Source: Rhodospirillales bacterium (GTDB taxonomy: Bacteria; Pseudomonadota; Alphaproteobacteria; Rhodospirillales; Casp-alpha2). Taken from it: 64,000 nucleotides of DNA. Each line of letters starts with the position of its first letter. The stretch's first letter is position 1. Both the position numbers and the translations under genes were made by a program. The stretch covers positions 2,310,357-2,374,356 of the forward strand of contig OZ244199.1 of assembly GCA_965216765.1 (NCBI GenBank). Direction: 5' to 3'. Below are positions 45,528-57,514 of the stretch, one piece after another. The notes under the pieces are model-generated. The model searched no databases, had not been told where the DNA came from, and worked only from the letters and a program-made list of their open reading frames with translations.

Positions 45528-45690
45528 AATTAACCGGAATCCGTTGAACTCGGCTTCTCGGTGCTAACGCATCATTAAGCGAAAACGGCCCTACGTGCAC
45601 GAAAAAATATCCGCACTCGGGCCGTTTGAGCTCTGGCAAAAGACCGCCGGAAAGAGACTTAGCACCCCTTCCCGGCGACCGAAACTTAGA

Positions 45691-47838
45691 TCAGGCGCGC
45701 TTCTTACGCTCGCCGACCTGCTCGGTGATGTCTTCGCCCGTTTCCTGGTCAACGACCCGCATCGACAGCTTCACTTTGCCGCGATCATCAATGCCGATCA
45801 GTTTGACCTTCACTTCGTCGCCTTCGTTAACGACGTCGGTCACTTTCTCAACACGGCCTTCGGCCATTTCCGAGATGTGCACCAAGCCGTCACGCGGCCC
45901 CAGGAAGTTCACGAAAGCGCCGAAATCGACCACTTTCACGACCTTACCCGTGTAGATCACGCCAACTTCCGGTTCAGCGACGATATCGCGGATCCAATCG
46001 GCGGCCTTGTCGCCGGCGGCCGCATCAACGGCGGCGATACGGACGGTACCGTCATCGTCGACATCGATCTTGGCACCGGTGGTTTCGCAAATTTCACGGA
46101 TCATCTTGCCACCCGGGCCGATGATGTCGCGAATCTTCTCCGGATTGATCTGCATTTGGGTGATACGCGGCGCATTCTGGCTGACGCTGTCACGCGACGT
46201 CGTTAGCGCGTTGGCCATTTCGCCCAGAATGTGCAGGCGGCCTTCCCGCGCCTGATCGAGCGCGATGCGCATGATCTCTTCGGTGATGGACGTGATCTTG
46301 ATATCCATCTGCAAAGACGTGATGCCATCCTCGGTACCGGCGACTTTAAAGTCCATGTCGCCCAGATGATCTTCGTCCCCGAGAATGTCGGAGAGAACCG
46401 CGAAACGATCATCTTCCTTGATCAAGCCCATGGCAATTCCGGCGACCGGACGCGGCAGAGGAACGCCGGCGTCCATCAGAGACAACGAAGTGCCGCAAAC
46501 CGTCGCCATCGACGACGAACCGTTCGATTCCGTGATGTCGGAAACGACGCGGATCGTGTAAGGGAAATCGTCTTTCGGCGGCATGACAGGGTGAATAGCA
46601 CGCCAAGCCAGCTTACCGTGGCCCACTTCGCGGCGTCCGGTGAAACCGAAACGGCCCGCTTCCCCGACCGAAAACGGCGGGAAGTTATAGTGCAGCATGA
46701 AGTGTTGACGATAGTTGTCGGCGAGACCATCGATGATCTGCTCATCCTGCCCGGTGCCGAGCGTCGTCGTCACAATGGCTTGCGTTTCACCGCGGGTGAA
46801 CAGCGCAGAGCCGTGCGAACGCGGTAAGATACCGACTTCGCTGGCGATCGGACGAACCGTCTTGGTGTCGCGACCGTCGATGCGGTTGCCGGTGTCCAGA
46901 ATGTCGTTGCGGACGATGTCCTTCTCGACCTTCTTAACGATGTCGCCGAAAATCGCGCCCAGGATTTCCTGGTCAATGCTCTCATCCGCGGACAGCGTTT
47001 CGAGCGCAGCCGCTTTGACTTCGGCGAGCTTGTTCTGACGTTCGGACTTTTCCTTGATGCCGTAGGCGGCACGCAGGTCGTCGGCAAGCGCGGCTTTGAT
47101 CCGATCGGCGACGGGGGCCACACCCTCGTCTTCGGACGGCATTTCGCGCGGCTCCTTGGCGCATGCTTCGGCCAGTTCAATGATCGCGTCGATCACCGGC
47201 TGGAAGCCCCTGTGGCCGAACATGACGGCGTCCAGCATCTGCTGTTCGCTCAGTTCGCTGGCCTCGGACTCAACCATCAGCACGCCTTCCTGCGTACCGG
47301 CGACAACGAGATCCAGGTCGCTTTCTTCCATTTCCGCCAGGGTCGGGTTGAGCACCAGCTCACCGCCGACACGGCCGACACGGGCACCGCCAACCGGGCC
47401 CATGAACGGAAGACCGGAAATCGTCAGCGCGGCAGAAGTACCGACCATCGCCAGAACGTCGGTTTCGTTCTCCAGATCGTGCGAGACGACCGTGCAGATA
47501 ACCTGGGTTTCGTTTTTGAAGCCACCAACGAACAACGGACGGATCGGACGGTCGATCAAGCGCGAGATCAGCGTTTCGCGTTCGGTCGGACGGCCTTCAC
47601 GTTTGAAAAAGCCGCCTGGAATTTTACCGGCGGCAAAAGCTTTTTCGTTGTAGTGGACAGACAGCGGGAAGAAATCGATCCCCGGCTTCGGCGACTTCGC
47701 ACCGACAACGGTGCAAAGCACCTTGCTTTCGCCAAGGGTCGCCATGACGGCGCCGTCGGCTTGACGGGCAATCTTACCCGTTTCAAGGATCAGGGTCTTC
47801 CCACCCCAATCAATTTCTTTTCGGAATTCTTTAAACAT
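45691..47838 (-). CDS. pnp: Polyribonucleotide nucleotidyltransferase
   Basis: [39 protein letters not shown] and S1 domains. Confidence 0.98.
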   Translation of the reverse strand: MFKEFRKEIDWGGKTLILETGKIARQADGAVMATLGESKVLCTVVGAKSPKPGIDFFPLSVHYNEKAFAAGKIPGGFFKREGRPTERETLISRLIDRPIRPLFVGGFKNETQVICTVVSHDLENETDVLAMVGTSAALTISGLPFMGPVGGARVGRVGGELVLNPTLAEMEESDLDLVVAGTQEGVLMVESEASELSEQQMLDAVMFGHRGFQPVIDAIIELAEACAKEPREMPSEDEGVAPVADRIKAALADDLRAAYGIKEKSERQNKLAEVKAAALETLSADESIDQEILGAIFGDIVKKVEKDIVRNDILDTGNRIDGRDTKTVRPIASEVGILPRSHGSALFTRGETQAIVTTTLGTGQDEQIIDGLADNYRQHFMLHYNFPPFSVGEAGRFGFTGRREVGHGKLAWRAIHPVMPPKDDFPYTIRVVSDITESNGSSSMATVCGTSLSLMDAGVPLPRPVAGIAMGLIKEDDRFAVLSDILGDEDHLGDMDFKVAGTEDGITSLQMDIKITSITEEIMRIALDQAREGRLHILGEMANALTTSRDSVSQNAPRITQMQINPEKIRDIIGPGGKMIREICETTGAKIDVDDDGTVRIAAVDAAAGDKAADWIRDIVAEPEVGVIYTGKVVKVVDFGAFVNFLGPRDGLVHISEMAEGRVEKVTDVVNEGDEVKVKLIGIDDRGKVKLSMRVVDQETGEDITEQVGERKKRA

Positions 47839-48014
47839 TGTTTCTTTCCTCATCCTACGGACAACGCACGGCATTCAGGCCGCGCGCAACCCTTCACCAC
47901 CTCGGTAAAGGGCGAGGCGCCGTCCGCAAACATCCATCCAGCTTGCTGAAAACATGAAGCGGCCAACGCCGGCCACGGGGCATGCGCACCTGCGCCCTGC
48001 CCCGCCGCGCCACA

Positions 48015-48284
48015 TCAGCGGCGCAGACCCAGTTTCTTCACCAGGTCTTCATAACGCTTCCCGTCTTTCTTGCGCAGATAGTCGAGAAGGCGGCGGCGCT
48101 GACCGACCATCATCAAAAGGCCGCGCCGGGAATGAAAATCTTTGCTGTGCGTTTTAAGGTGCTCGGTCAGGTTGGAAATTCGCTCGGAAAGAACGGCCAC
48201 CTGGACCTCGGGTGAACCCGTGTCGCCCTTGTTGGTCGCATACTCATTGATGAGCTCTTGCTTACGCTCTGCAGTAATCGACAT
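48015..48284 (-). CDS. rpsO: 30S ribosomal protein S15
   Basis: [18 protein letters not shown]. Confidence 0.98.
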   Translation of the reverse strand: MSITAERKQELINEYATNKGDTGSPEVQVAVLSERISNLTEHLKTHSKDFHSRRGLLMMVGQRRRLLDYLRKKDGKRYEDLVKKLGLRR

Positions 48285-48298
48285 CGTTATCTCCTAAT

Positions 48299-49231
48299 CT
48301 AAAGGTTCATTACGCGGACAGGTCTAATTTCACCGCCCGTAATCCGCGCCAAGGCCACCAGCGTCCCGTCGGCTTTCGCCTGAACGAGATCCCCTTGCGA
48401 GATATCCCGCAACGGGGAGCGCTGCGCCACGGGAAGGACGGGAACGCCCTGCCCCTGACGGAGCCTTCGCGCTTCCTGCTCTGTCAGGGCCAGTGCCGGG
48501 ATGTCGTCCAGCACGGTCTCAACAGGAAGCAGAAATTCGCTTAGAAGCATCGCCGCATCGTTGTCTCCGTCTCCATTGAAACGTTCTAACGAAAAGGCCT
48601 TTTCAACATGAAAAGGCCCGACGGCAGTGCGTCTGAGGCGCCTTATATGGCCTTCGGCACCCAAGTGCAAGGCCAGATCACGGACAAGAGCACGGACGTA
48701 AGTCCCCTTACCGCATACCATTTCCAGGTTGGCGTGATCGATATCGGGACAATCCAGCAGGCGCAATTCATCTATCCGCACCGTCCGGGGTTGCAGCGTG
48801 ACCTCTTCGTCGCGCCGCGCCAACTTGTATGCCCGCTCGCCATCGACTTTAACGGCCGAGAACACCGGCGGAATCTGCTCTATCTCGCCGACGAACTGCG
48901 GCAAAGCCGCTTCGATCTGTGCCTTAACCGGGCGGGCATCGCTCTCTGCGGTCACTTCGCCTTCGGCATCCTGCGACGCCGTTGAAATACCCCAACGTAT
49001 TGTAAATTCATACGTTTTCGTGTGGTCCATGGCGAATTGCTGGGTCTTGGTCGCTTCGCCGAGCGCAATCGGCAAGACGCCGCTGGCCAAGGGGTCCAAC
49101 GTACCGCCATGGCCGACCTTGGCCGCACCCGTCAGACGTTTGATGCGCCCGACACAGCCGTTGGACGACGGTCCTACGGGCTTGTCCAGGATCAGCCAAC
49201 CATGAATGGGCGCCCCTTTCCGTCGGCCCAC
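48299..49231 (-). CDS. truB: tRNA pseudouridine 55 synthase
   Basis: KVGHGGTLDPLASGVL, CGKGTYVRAL. Confidence 0.97.
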   Translation of the reverse strand: MGRRKGAPIHGWLILDKPVGPSSNGCVGRIKRLTGAAKVGHGGTLDPLASGVLPIALGEATKTQQFAMDHTKTYEFTIRWGISTASQDAEGEVTAESDARPVKAQIEAALPQFVGEIEQIPPVFSAVKVDGERAYKLARRDEEVTLQPRTVRIDELRLLDCPDIDHANLEMVCGKGTYVRALVRDLALHLGAEGHIRRLRRTAVGPFHVEKAFSLERFNGDGDNDAAMLLSEFLLPVETVLDDIPALALTEQEARRLRQGQGVPVLPVAQRSPLRDISQGDLVQAKADGTLVALARITGGEIRPVRVMNL

Positions 49232-49234
49232 GGC

Positions 49235-49669
49235 TTACTGATCCTCGTCTTCAGGACCGTTCGCAACGTCGCGCACTTCGTTTTCCTGCGCAACGTCGCG
49301 CAACACACGCGGGTCATGCAAGAGGGAGTCGAGATGCGCCGCCTCATCGAACGAGTCATCGAAACGGAAGTTGAGCTTCGGCACATGACGGAGACGGACT
49401 TGCTTGCCGACCCAGCCGCGCAGGAACGACGACGCCCGGTTGAGGGCGGCAACGGCCTCATCGGCTTCGCCGCCGCCGAGCGGCATGACAAAGGCTGTCG
49501 CGTTCTTAAGATCCGGGCTGATCCGTACTTCCGTCACCGTCACCGACTTGCCGACCAGCGCAGGGTCGCGGACTTCACCACGCTCGAAGGCCTGAGCCAA
49601 CGCATGGCGCACTTCTTCGCCTACGCGAAGCTGGCGCTGCGACGGGATACGGTCTGGTTGACGGCTCAT
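49235..49669 (-). CDS. rbfA: Ribosome-binding factor A
   Basis: RQLRVGEEVRHAL, SPDLKNAT, PKLNFRFDDSF. Confidence 0.97.
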   Translation of the reverse strand: MSRQPDRIPSQRQLRVGEEVRHALAQAFERGEVRDPALVGKSVTVTEVRISPDLKNATAFVMPLGGGEADEAVAALNRASSFLRGWVGKQVRLRHVPKLNFRFDDSFDEAAHLDSLLHDPRVLRDVAQENEVRDVANGPEDEDQ

Positions 49670-49709
49670 ATCGCTTGCCGGGCTGAGCGGCGGCCTGTGA
49701 CCCTATGGA

Positions 49710-52295
49710 TCACAGTTCGCGCTCGGTCTCCTTGATTTCGAAGCACTCGATTTTGTCGCCCACTGCGATGTCGTTGTAATTGGCGAAGGCCATACCACAT
49801 TCGTAGCCTTCCTTCACCTCGCGAGCGTCGTCCTTGAAGCGCTTGAGCTGGCTCAAGTCGCCTTCGTGTATGACAACGTCGTCGCGCAGCAGGCGAACCT
49901 TGGCACCTCGTTTAACCTGGCCCTCGGTGACCATACAACCGGCAACTTTACCGACTTTGGTGATCGAGAACACTTCGCGGATTTCCGCGTAACCCAGAAG
50001 TTCTTCCGACACATCCGGCGACAGCATCCCCGACAGCATTTTCTTCACGTCATCGGTGAGGTCATAGATGATCGAATAATAACGGATGTCGACGCCGTCC
50101 CGTTTGGCGGCTTCGCGCGCCTGCGGGTTGGCGCGGACGTTGAAGCCGACGACCAGCGCGTTCGAGGCGCGGGCCAGCGTGACGTCCGACTCGTTAATGC
50201 CGCCAACGCCGGAATGCAGAACCTGCACTTCGACCTCGTCGGTCCCCATCTTTTGCAACGCACCGACAATCGCCTCGACGGAACCATGGACGTCCGCCTT
50301 GATGATGACCGGCAAGGTCTCCGCGACACCTTCCTTGATCTTCTCGAACATTTGCTCGAGCGTACCGCGCGCCGAAGACGCGGTACGGGCTTCGCGTTCG
50401 CGGCGCTGACGGAATTCGGAAACTTCGCGCGCTTTGTTCTCACTTTCGACGGCAATCACTTCATCGCCGGCCATCGGCGTGCCGTTGAGGCCCAAGACCT
50501 CAGCCGGCACGGACGGCCCCGCGTCATTGAGCTTCGCCCCGTTAGCGTCGGTCAATGCGCGAACACGGCCCCACTCGGCACCGGCAACCAGGATGTCACC
50601 AACTTTGAGGGTACCCCGTTGCACAAGCACCGTCGCAACGGAACCGCGGCCCTGTTCCATTTTGGATTCAACGACGACGCCTTCTGCCGCCCGGTCTGCG
50701 TTGGCCTTGAGATCCAGAAGTTCGGATTGCAGCAGGATCGCTTCCAGAAGCTTGTCCAGGTTGGTCTTTTTGAGGGCTGAAACCTCAATGCAAAGCACGT
50801 CGCCCCCCATGTCCTCGACCTGGATATCGTGGCTCAGAAGGTCCGTCTTGATGCGGTCCGGCGTAGCACCTTGCTTATCGATCTTGTTCACCGCGACGAT
50901 AATCGGCACTTCCGCCGCTTTGGCGTGGTGAATGGCCTCAATCGTTTGCGGCATAATCCCGTCGTCGGCCGCGACGCAAAGAATAACGATGTCCGTGACC
51001 TTGGCGCCGCGTGCCCGCATTTCGGTGAACGCCGCGTGGCCCGGTGTATCGATGAAGGTAATCTGCTGACCGTCGGCGGTCTTGATCTGATAGGCGCCGA
51101 TGTGTTGTGTGATGCCGCCGGCTTCGTGATCGGCGACGTCGGATTCCCGCAAAGCGTCCAGAAGTGACGTCTTGCCGTGATCGACATGACCCATGACCGT
51201 GACAACCGGCGCACGCGGCAACTGTTCGCCGCCATCGTCCTCGACGCCGATGTTGAGGCCATCTTCGATATCGGACTCGGAAACACGCTTCACACGGTGA
51301 CCGAACTCCTGCACGACGAGCTCGGCCGTATCAGCGTCGATCGACTGCGTGATCGTCGCCATGACACCGAGTTCCATCAGCTTCTTCACGACCAATCCAC
51401 CGCGTTCCGCCATGCGGTTGGCCAACTCCGATACGGTGATGGTTTCCGGCACGACCACGTCGCGGATCACCTTGGCGCCTTCGGCGCGGTGTTCGCGTTG
51501 ACGCTCGCGTTCACGATCACGCTGACGCTTCACCGAGGCCAGCGAGCGGCGATGCTCCTCAAGCTCTTCGAAGGATTCCGCTTCGGCAATCGTCAGCTTG
51601 CCGCGACGGCGGCGCTCTTCGTGCGCACCTTTGCCCGGCGACGGACGTTTGACTTCGGCCTTGCCCGGCTTAGCGCGGCGACGGGTCGCCTTGTCATCAT
51701 CTTCATCGGCGTTCTTGGCAGCCGGTGCCGGCGCTTCTTCGCGTACGGTTTCCTTGGCGCGGGCTTCGCGTTCTTTCTCGAGCCGCTGGGCTTCTTCTTC
51801 CTGCGCGGCCTTTATCGCCGCTTCTTCCTCGGTGATCTCCGGCTCTACTTCTTCCTCGACGCGGCCGATATCGGAAAGCTGCGGCTTGCCGCGGCCAGTG
51901 TGCCGAGGCTCGGCTTCTTCGCCGGACTGGCGCGCGGATTCCAAGGCACGCATACGCGCTTGGCGCTCGCTTTCCGTCAGGGTCGATGCACGGTCGGATT
52001 CTTCTGCTGCGGGTGCCGGCGGGGGCGGAGGCGCTGCCGGCGCTTCAGCCGCCGCTTCCTCTTTCAACTGCGCCGTCGCCGCGGCAGCCGCTTCCTTCAG
52101 CTCAGAGAGCTGTCCACCGCTGTCGCTGACATAGGTCCGCTTACGCTTCTTCTCGACCGTGACCATCTTGGAGCGGCCATGCGAGAAGTTTTGCTTAACC
52201 TGTCCTGTCTCGACCGTCTTGTTCAGTTCGAGCCGGCCTGGTTTCGACAGACCGAGGCGCTTCTTATCGCCTTGCGTTTCTTTTGCATCACTCAT
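49710..52295 (-). CDS. infB: Translation initiation factor IF-2
   Basis: [26 protein letters not shown]. Confidence 0.98.
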   Translation of the reverse strand: MSDAKETQGDKKRLGLSKPGRLELNKTVETGQVKQNFSHGRSKMVTVEKKRKRTYVSDSGGQLSELKEAAAAATAQLKEEAAAEAPAAPPPPPAPAAEESDRASTLTESERQARMRALESARQSGEEAEPRHTGRGKPQLSDIGRVEEEVEPEITEEEAAIKAAQEEEAQRLEKEREARAKETVREEAPAPAAKNADEDDDKATRRRAKPGKAEVKRPSPGKGAHEERRRRGKLTIAEAESFEELEEHRRSLASVKRQRDRERERQREHRAEGAKVIRDVVVPETITVSELANRMAERGGLVVKKLMELGVMATITQSIDADTAELVVQEFGHRVKRVSESDIEDGLNIGVEDDGGEQLPRAPVVTVMGHVDHGKTSLLDALRESDVADHEAGGITQHIGAYQIKTADGQQITFIDTPGHAAFTEMRARGAKVTDIVILCVAADDGIMPQTIEAIHHAKAAEVPIIVAVNKIDKQGATPDRIKTDLLSHDIQVEDMGGDVLCIEVSALKKTNLDKLLEAILLQSELLDLKANADRAAEGVVVESKMEQGRGSVATVLVQRGTLKVGDILVAGAEWGRVRALTDANGAKLNDAGPSVPAEVLGLNGTPMAGDEVIAVESENKAREVSEFRQRREREARTASSARGTLEQMFEKIKEGVAETLPVIIKADVHGSVEAIVGALQKMGTDEVEVQVLHSGVGGINESDVTLARASNALVVGFNVRANPQAREAAKRDGVDIRYYSIIYDLTDDVKKMLSGMLSPDVSEELLGYAEIREVFSITKVGKVAGCMVTEGQVKRGAKVRLLRDDVVIHEGDLSQLKRFKDDAREVKEGYECGMAFANYNDIAVGDKIECFEIKETEREL

Positions 52296-52915
52296 TTTTC
52301 TTCGCCCGTCCCCTCCGGCCGGAAGCCGGATAATCTATCGTTCTCTCGTACCAAAGTCTCAGCTAGGCCACTGCGCAGCATCACGAGAAATGACACGGTG
52401 CCCTTTCCGGCGGCAGTGCCAAGTTCCAACGACGTCAGGCCGCGCACGATCGGCAGATCACCGGCGCCGTATTCGACGCTCCGTCGCCCCGTACCGGCGT
52501 CGGAGGCAATCGCAACGGCGCCGACCGGCACACGCTCCAAAGCTTCCAGCACCCGGTCATAACCCGGCACCATGCGATCGGAACGCCGCGCCAAACCGAT
52601 CACGTCCTGGCAACGCTTGACGAGCATTCCCTCAATCCGATCGGCGAGATCGCTATCCGCGACAACCGCCTGTTTCGCCGCGCGGGCGAACATCTTCTTG
52701 GCAATCGCCTGCGTCAGCGCCTCGCGTGTCGATGACAACCAGATTCCTCTGCCCGGCAGGCGTTCGCCCAGATCCGGCACGATATGATCGTCAGGTCCGA
52801 CGACGAACCGGATGAGGCCGTGCTTCGGCTGCGTTTCGCCGGTGGCGATGCAACGCCGCTCCGGTTCATGCGCCTTGCCCCGTCCAGGTCTGGTCATCGT
52901 CGCGACTGCCGTCAT
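52292..52915 (-). CDS. YlxR/DUF448 RNA-binding protein with L7Ae-like C-terminus
   Basis: [18 protein letters not shown]; between nusA and infB. Confidence 0.88.
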   Translation of the reverse strand: MTAVATMTRPGRGKAHEPERRCIATGETQPKHGLIRFVVGPDDHIVPDLGERLPGRGIWLSSTREALTQAIAKKMFARAAKQAVVADSDLADRIEGMLVKRCQDVIGLARRSDRMVPGYDRVLEALERVPVGAVAIASDAGTGRRSVEYGAGDLPIVRGLTSLELGTAAGKGTVSFLVMLRSGLAETLVRENDRLSGFRPEGTGEEK

Positions 52916-52933
52916 ACGGTTCCCAATCCTACC

Positions 52934-54514
52934 TTAAGCGTCCGCCGTTTCGCCAGCTTCGGCGGGTTCTTCCGCCGGTGCCGGATCATCGGCGAACCAG
53001 TGCGCCCGCGCCAACATAATCAATTCGTTGGCCGCATCCAGTGACATCGCGCCACTCGGCAACATCTCGAGAAGCTCGTCACCGGCAAGATCGGCTAGAT
53101 CGTCGCGACTCTTCACCTCGTTTTCGCCAAGCGCGACCATGATCGTACCGGTCATGCCCTCAAGCTCTGCCACCTCGTCGGAAACACCCAACTCTTTGCG
53201 GCGCGCGTTCAGCTCGTCTTCGCGGGTCGCCAAGTGATTTCGCGCACGGTTTTGCAGTTCTTCGGCAACGTCTTCGTCAAACCCTTCGATGTCGGTCAGA
53301 TCTTCCGGCGGCACGAAGGCAACGTCCTCAACGGAGCTGAAGCCCTCTGTAACCAGTAAGTGCGCGATAACGTCGTCAACGTCGAGCGCATCGACGAACA
53401 TCTTGGAGCGTTCCTGGAATTCCTTCTGGCGGCGGTCCGATTCCTCGGCCTCCGTCAGAATGTCGATGTCCCAACCGGAAAGTTGCGACGCCAGGCGCAC
53501 GTTTTGACCACGGCGACCGATGGCGAGCGACAGTTGCTCGTCCGGCACTACGACTTCGATCTTGTTGTTCTCTTCGTCGAGAACGACCTTCGCAACTTCG
53601 GCTGGCGCCAACGCGTTAACGATGAACGATGCCGAGTCGGGCGACCATTGAATGATATCGATTTTCTCGCCCTGCAGTTCACCGACGACCGCCTGGACGC
53701 GCGAGCCGCGCATACCGATACACGGGCCGACCGGATCAATCGAACTATCGTGCGAGATCACGGCGATCTTGGCGCGCGAACCCGGGTCGCGGGCAACGGC
53801 CTTGATTTCGATGATGCCGTCATAGATTTCCGGCACTTCCTGTTTGAACAAGGCGGCCATGAAATCCGGGTGCGTGCGCGACAGGAAAATCTGCGGGCCG
53901 CGGGGTTCTTGGCGCACATCGACAATGTACGCACGGATACGGTCGCCGTTGTTGAAGTGCTCGCGCGGAATCGACTCGTCTCGGCGCAGGACGGCCTCGG
54001 CGCGCCCAAGGTCGACCACGGCGTTGCCGTATTCGCTGCGTTTGACGATGCCGTTGACGATCTCGCCGACACGGTCCTTGTATTCTTCGAACTGGCGCTC
54101 GCGCTCGGCTTCGCGGACCTTCTGCACGATAACCTGTTTCGCGGTCTGCGCGGCGATGCGGCCGAAGTCGATCGGCGGCAGAATATCGACAAGAAAATCT
54201 CCGACCTTGGCGTCGTTCTTCTTCTTCAGGGCGTCGGCAAGGAAGATCTGCGTCACTTCGTTTTCGCGTTCGACGCCGTCTTCCAGCACTTCGATGTAGC
54301 GGGCCAACGTGATCTCGCCGGACTTACGATCAATGTGCGCACGAATGTCGTGCTCATGACCGTATTTCGAGCGACCGGCCTTTTGGATCGCCATTTCCAT
54401 CGCTTCCAACACTTCTTCGCGGTCGATGCCTTTGTCCTTGGCGACCGTATCGGCGACCACCAACAATTCGGGACGTGCGTGAACGTCCCCGGCTTGCAGA
54501 AGAATCTCGCTCAT
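52934..54514 (-). CDS. nusA: Transcription termination/antitermination factor NusA
   Basis: FGRIAAQTAKQVI, ARDPGSRAKIAV, SLAIGRRGQNVRLAS. Confidence 0.98.
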   Translation of the reverse strand: MSEILLQAGDVHARPELLVVADTVAKDKGIDREEVLEAMEMAIQKAGRSKYGHEHDIRAHIDRKSGEITLARYIEVLEDGVERENEVTQIFLADALKKKNDAKVGDFLVDILPPIDFGRIAAQTAKQVIVQKVREAERERQFEEYKDRVGEIVNGIVKRSEYGNAVVDLGRAEAVLRRDESIPREHFNNGDRIRAYIVDVRQEPRGPQIFLSRTHPDFMAALFKQEVPEIYDGIIEIKAVARDPGSRAKIAVISHDSSIDPVGPCIGMRGSRVQAVVGELQGEKIDIIQWSPDSASFIVNALAPAEVAKVVLDEENNKIEVVVPDEQLSLAIGRRGQNVRLASQLSGWDIDILTEAEESDRRQKEFQERSKMFVDALDVDDVIAHLLVTEGFSSVEDVAFVPPEDLTDIEGFDEDVAEELQNRARNHLATREDELNARRKELGVSDEVAELEGMTGTIMVALGENEVKSRDDLADLAGDELLEMLPSGAMSLDAANELIMLARAHWFADDPAPAEEPAEAGETADA

Positions 54515-55011
54515 GATGCCCTCTGTTCCTCTAACTGTGCGATCATCTCGTCAGTGACGATAAGTTTCGCCTTGGCAATATTTCCATAGTCGATACGCAG
54601 GCTTTCGCCGTCGACATCGACCAACACGTCGTTACCTTCGGTACCCTTGAGGCGGCATTTGAAACGGCGGCGGCCGTCCATCAGCGCCGTCAGTTCAATC
54701 TTTGCCTCGAACCCGGCGAACCGCTCGAAATCGGTGAATTTGACCAGCGGACGGTCAAGGCCCGGCGAGCTGACTTCCAGCGAATAGTTGCCGGCAATCG
54801 GGTCTTCCACATCCATGATGGCGGAAACGGTCCGCGAGATATCGGCGCAGTCGTCCACGGTCATTTCGCGACCGTCCGACGGCTCGACCATGATTTGCAG
54901 CGTGCGCCGGCGCTCACCGCTGAGCTGCACGCGCACGATGGTAAATCCCATATCCGTCACCGCCGGCGAGATCATGTTCTCGACGCGTGATTCCAGATCG
55001 TTACCGGACAC
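54511..55011 (-). CDS. rimP: Ribosome maturation factor RimP
   Basis: DDCADISR, YSLEVSSPGLDRPL. Confidence 0.97.
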   Translation of the reverse strand: MSGNDLESRVENMISPAVTDMGFTIVRVQLSGERRRTLQIMVEPSDGREMTVDDCADISRTVSAIMDVEDPIAGNYSLEVSSPGLDRPLVKFTDFERFAGFEAKIELTALMDGRRRFKCRLKGTEGNDVLVDVDGESLRIDYGNIAKAKLIVTDEMIAQLEEQRAS

Positions 55012-55063
55012 TTATAACCTCTCGCCTTAACCCGAACGGTCACGATGACCGCGTTCAGGCATT

Positions 55064-55088
55064 AAAAAAGGCGGGCCCCAGGCCCACC
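55064..55088 (-). promoter_or_regulatory. Terminator-like hairpin in the rimP-nusA operon leader
   Basis: Minus strand GGTGGGCC-TGG-GGCCCGCC-TTTTTT. Confidence 0.55.
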
Positions 55089-55182
55089 CATTAATCGATC
55101 AGATCAACGAGCGCCCTCGAAAGGGCGTGGGTTATATATCCATATTGGCTTCCAAACGCAAGGCCGTTGTGGATTCAGGCGT

Positions 55183-55893
55183 TCAGCGCGGACGTCGCCG
55201 AAACAACAGATATGCCGGCAAATCCCCCTTCTTGCGCGCTTTCGCTTCGTAGCGGGTCTGAACCCAGTCCGGCGGCGGCTCACGCCAATCGGCCGGCCGG
55301 CGCGCCGCCCACGTCCAATCCGCGTGGCGATGTACCGCGGCCAAAGTCCAGGCGACATAGCCCATGTGGTCCGAAGCGAACAGAAACTCGGCATCGTCCG
55401 CCGATAGGCGCGCTAAGGTCGTCAGAAATTCCGCCCCGACAAGGCGGCGGCGGTTATGGCGTTTCTTTGGCCAGGGATCGGGAAACAAAAGGTAAGTCCG
55501 GCTCAGGCAACCATCCGGTAAAGCGTCCAACAGAATCCGGGCGTCGTCCGCGAAGACCCGAACGTTCTCGAGGCTCTGTTTTTCGATGTCTGCCAACAAT
55601 GACCCGACGCCGTCGACAAAAGGCTCGCATCCGATGAAGCAGGTTTCCGGCGCCGCATGCGCGCATCCGCTAAGGTGCTCCCCGCCGCCGAACCCGATCT
55701 CCAGATGAACGTCACCGTGCGCAGCGCCGAAGACCCTGTCCAGGTCGATCTTCGCGCCCCCCTCGGGCGGGGTGACTTGGATTTTGGGCAGGAGTTCGTC
55801 CATCAAACGGCGACGGCCGGGCCGCAGCTTGTGGCTGCTGCGCCGGCCGTACCAGATCGGTGTACCGTCGGGACGTTTCGGTGCGGACGTCAT
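55183..55893 (-). CDS. trmB: tRNA (guanine-N7)-methyltransferase
   Basis: LEIGFGGGEHL, IGCEPF, LFPDPWPKKRHNRRR, TRYEAKA. Confidence 0.96.
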   Translation of the reverse strand: MTSAPKRPDGTPIWYGRRSSHKLRPGRRRLMDELLPKIQVTPPEGGAKIDLDRVFGAAHGDVHLEIGFGGGEHLSGCAHAAPETCFIGCEPFVDGVGSLLADIEKQSLENVRVFADDARILLDALPDGCLSRTYLLFPDPWPKKRHNRRRLVGAEFLTTLARLSADDAEFLFASDHMGYVAWTLAAVHRHADWTWAARRPADWREPPPDWVQTRYEAKARKKGDLPAYLLFRRRPR

Positions 55894-55919
55894 GTCTCGC
55901 CTCCACCGAAGCGCAGCGC

Positions 55920-57086
55920 TTAAAACGCCGCTTTCAGTGCATCGACGAGATCGGTCTTCTCCCACGAGAAACCGCCATCCGCATCCGGCTCGCGGCCAAA
56001 GTGGCCGTAGGCCGACGTGCGGCGATAGACCGGCTTGTTAAGTTCCAGGTGCGTGCGGATGCCGCGCGGCGACAGATCAACCAGCTCGCGCAGTTTCACG
56101 GAGATGGCGTCTTCATCGACCTTACCGGTGCCATAGGTCTCGATGTACACCGACAGCGGCTTGGAAACGCCGATAGCGTAGGCCAACTGGATGCAGCAGC
56201 GCTCGGCGAGGCCAGCGGCAACCACGTTCTTGGCCAGATATCGGCCAGCATAAGCGGCCGAACGGTCGACCTTCGACGGGTCCTTGCCCGAGAACGCGCC
56301 ACCGCCGTGCGGGGCCGCGCCACCGTAAGTGTCGACAATGATTTTGCGTCCTGTCAGACCGGCGTCGCCGTCGGGACCGCCGATGACGAATGTACCCGTC
56401 GGGTTCACGTAGAACTCGTCCTCCGGACACATCCAGCCGTCTGGCAGGACGTCTTCGATGATCGGGCGGACAAGTTCGCGGACATCGTCCTGCGACAGAT
56501 CTTCGTCATGCTGCGTCGAAAGCACGACCGATGTCGCGCGCACGGGTTGGCCGTTTTCATATTGCAGCGTGACTTGGCTCTTGTTGTCCGGACCAATGCC
56601 GGGCAGTTCGCCCGCCTTACGCTTGTCAGCCATGATCTTGAGGATCTGGTGCGAATAGTGGATCGGGGCCGGCATCAGAACGTCGGTTTCGGTGCAGGCA
56701 TACCCGAACATGATGCCTTGGTCGCCGGCACCTTCGTCTTTATTTCCGAGCGCATCGACACCCTGCGCGATATGCGCGGACTGTCCGTGCAGGCGCACCT
56801 GCACTTCGGAATTCGCCCAGTGAAAGTTGTCCTGGTCGTAACCAATGTCCTTGATCGCAGCGCGCGCCAGTTCTTCAACGCGGGCGGGCGAGAGTTCTTC
56901 GGCACAACGCGTTTCGCCAGCGATGACCACGAGATTGGTCGTCACCAAGGTTTCGCAACCAACACGAGCCACGGGGTCGAGCGCAAGCATGGCGTCAACG
57001 ACTTCATCGGAAACACGGTCGCAAATCTTGTCCGGGTGTCCCTCGGAAACGGATTCGCTGGTAAAAAGATAGTTCTTTCTGCTCAC
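55920..57086 (-). CDS. metK: S-adenosylmethionine synthetase (GTG start)
   Basis: [34 protein letters not shown]. Confidence 0.98.
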   Translation of the reverse strand: MSRKNYLFTSESVSEGHPDKICDRVSDEVVDAMLALDPVARVGCETLVTTNLVVIAGETRCAEELSPARVEELARAAIKDIGYDQDNFHWANSEVQVRLHGQSAHIAQGVDALGNKDEGAGDQGIMFGYACTETDVLMPAPIHYSHQILKIMADKRKAGELPGIGPDNKSQVTLQYENGQPVRATSVVLSTQHDEDLSQDDVRELVRPIIEDVLPDGWMCPEDEFYVNPTGTFVIGGPDGDAGLTGRKIIVDTYGGAAPHGGGAFSGKDPSKVDRSAAYAGRYLAKNVVAAGLAERCCIQLAYAIGVSKPLSVYIETYGTGKVDEDAISVKLRELVDLSPRGIRTHLELNKPVYRRTSAYGHFGREPDADGGFSWEKTDLVDALKAAF

Positions 57087-57157
57087 GTCGGGTCCTCCCA
57101 AGTGAAAAAGTATTACCAAGCTGGACCAGGGGCTGCCGAACATGCGCTGTCGGAACG

Positions 57158-57215
57158 CCCACTTAGCTCCGTCTTTTACGTGGCGGCAAGCGGTCCAAAT
57201 CCACCCACGGCGCTT
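57158..57215 (-). ncRNA. SAM-II-like riboswitch upstream of metK
   Basis: Minus strand CGTGGGTGGATTTGGACCGCTTGCCGCCACGTAAAA..GCTAA: P1 CGTGG/CCACG, GCTTGC and GCTAA conserved. Confidence 0.7.
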
Positions 57216-57282
57216 TTTCCGCGCGGCAGTCTTGTACTACGTGCATTAGCCGCGTCAAGAAATTCCAATGATTTTTAGGTAT

Positions 57283-57440
57283 TCAGGACGGGTCCGGCAG
57301 GTTCGTCATCGCGCGTAATAGATCGAAGACTTTTTTGCGCACACTCGGATCGGAAATCCGGTCGTAGGCTTGCACTGGCGGCGACCTCTACCGATGCCGG
57401 ACGGACTCACTGACGTCGCGGGCAAAGAAACGTGTCCCGA
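57283..57440 (-). pseudogene. C-terminal remnant of the XRE-family regulator usually found between lnt and metK
   Basis: Frame TRFFARDVSES..*..VQAYDRISDPSVRKKVFDLLRAM resembles the SFFF...LVRAYYRISDPxVRKRVFEL tail; internal stop, no HTH, no start. Confidence 0.6.
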
Positions 57441-57514
57441 ACCCAAGATAGGGATGATCGATTTCAAGTCATGCGCGTATGGAGAGATTGCGCGAGTCCG
57501 AGAAAATTAGTCAC

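Noticed and set aside
49866-57278. Long antisense ORFs (49866-50780, 51177-52562, 53360-54589, 55860-57278; likewise 17579-18559, 62160-63488)
   Set aside because: Expected stop-poor reverse frames of highly codon-biased, GC-rich genes (infB, nusA, metK, rsmE/gshA, miaB/fur).
57290-57510. tRNA or sRNA in the lnt-metK gap
   Set aside because: No cloverleaf or T-loop/CCA; better explained by the XRE pseudogene remnant and the metK promoter/riboswitch.
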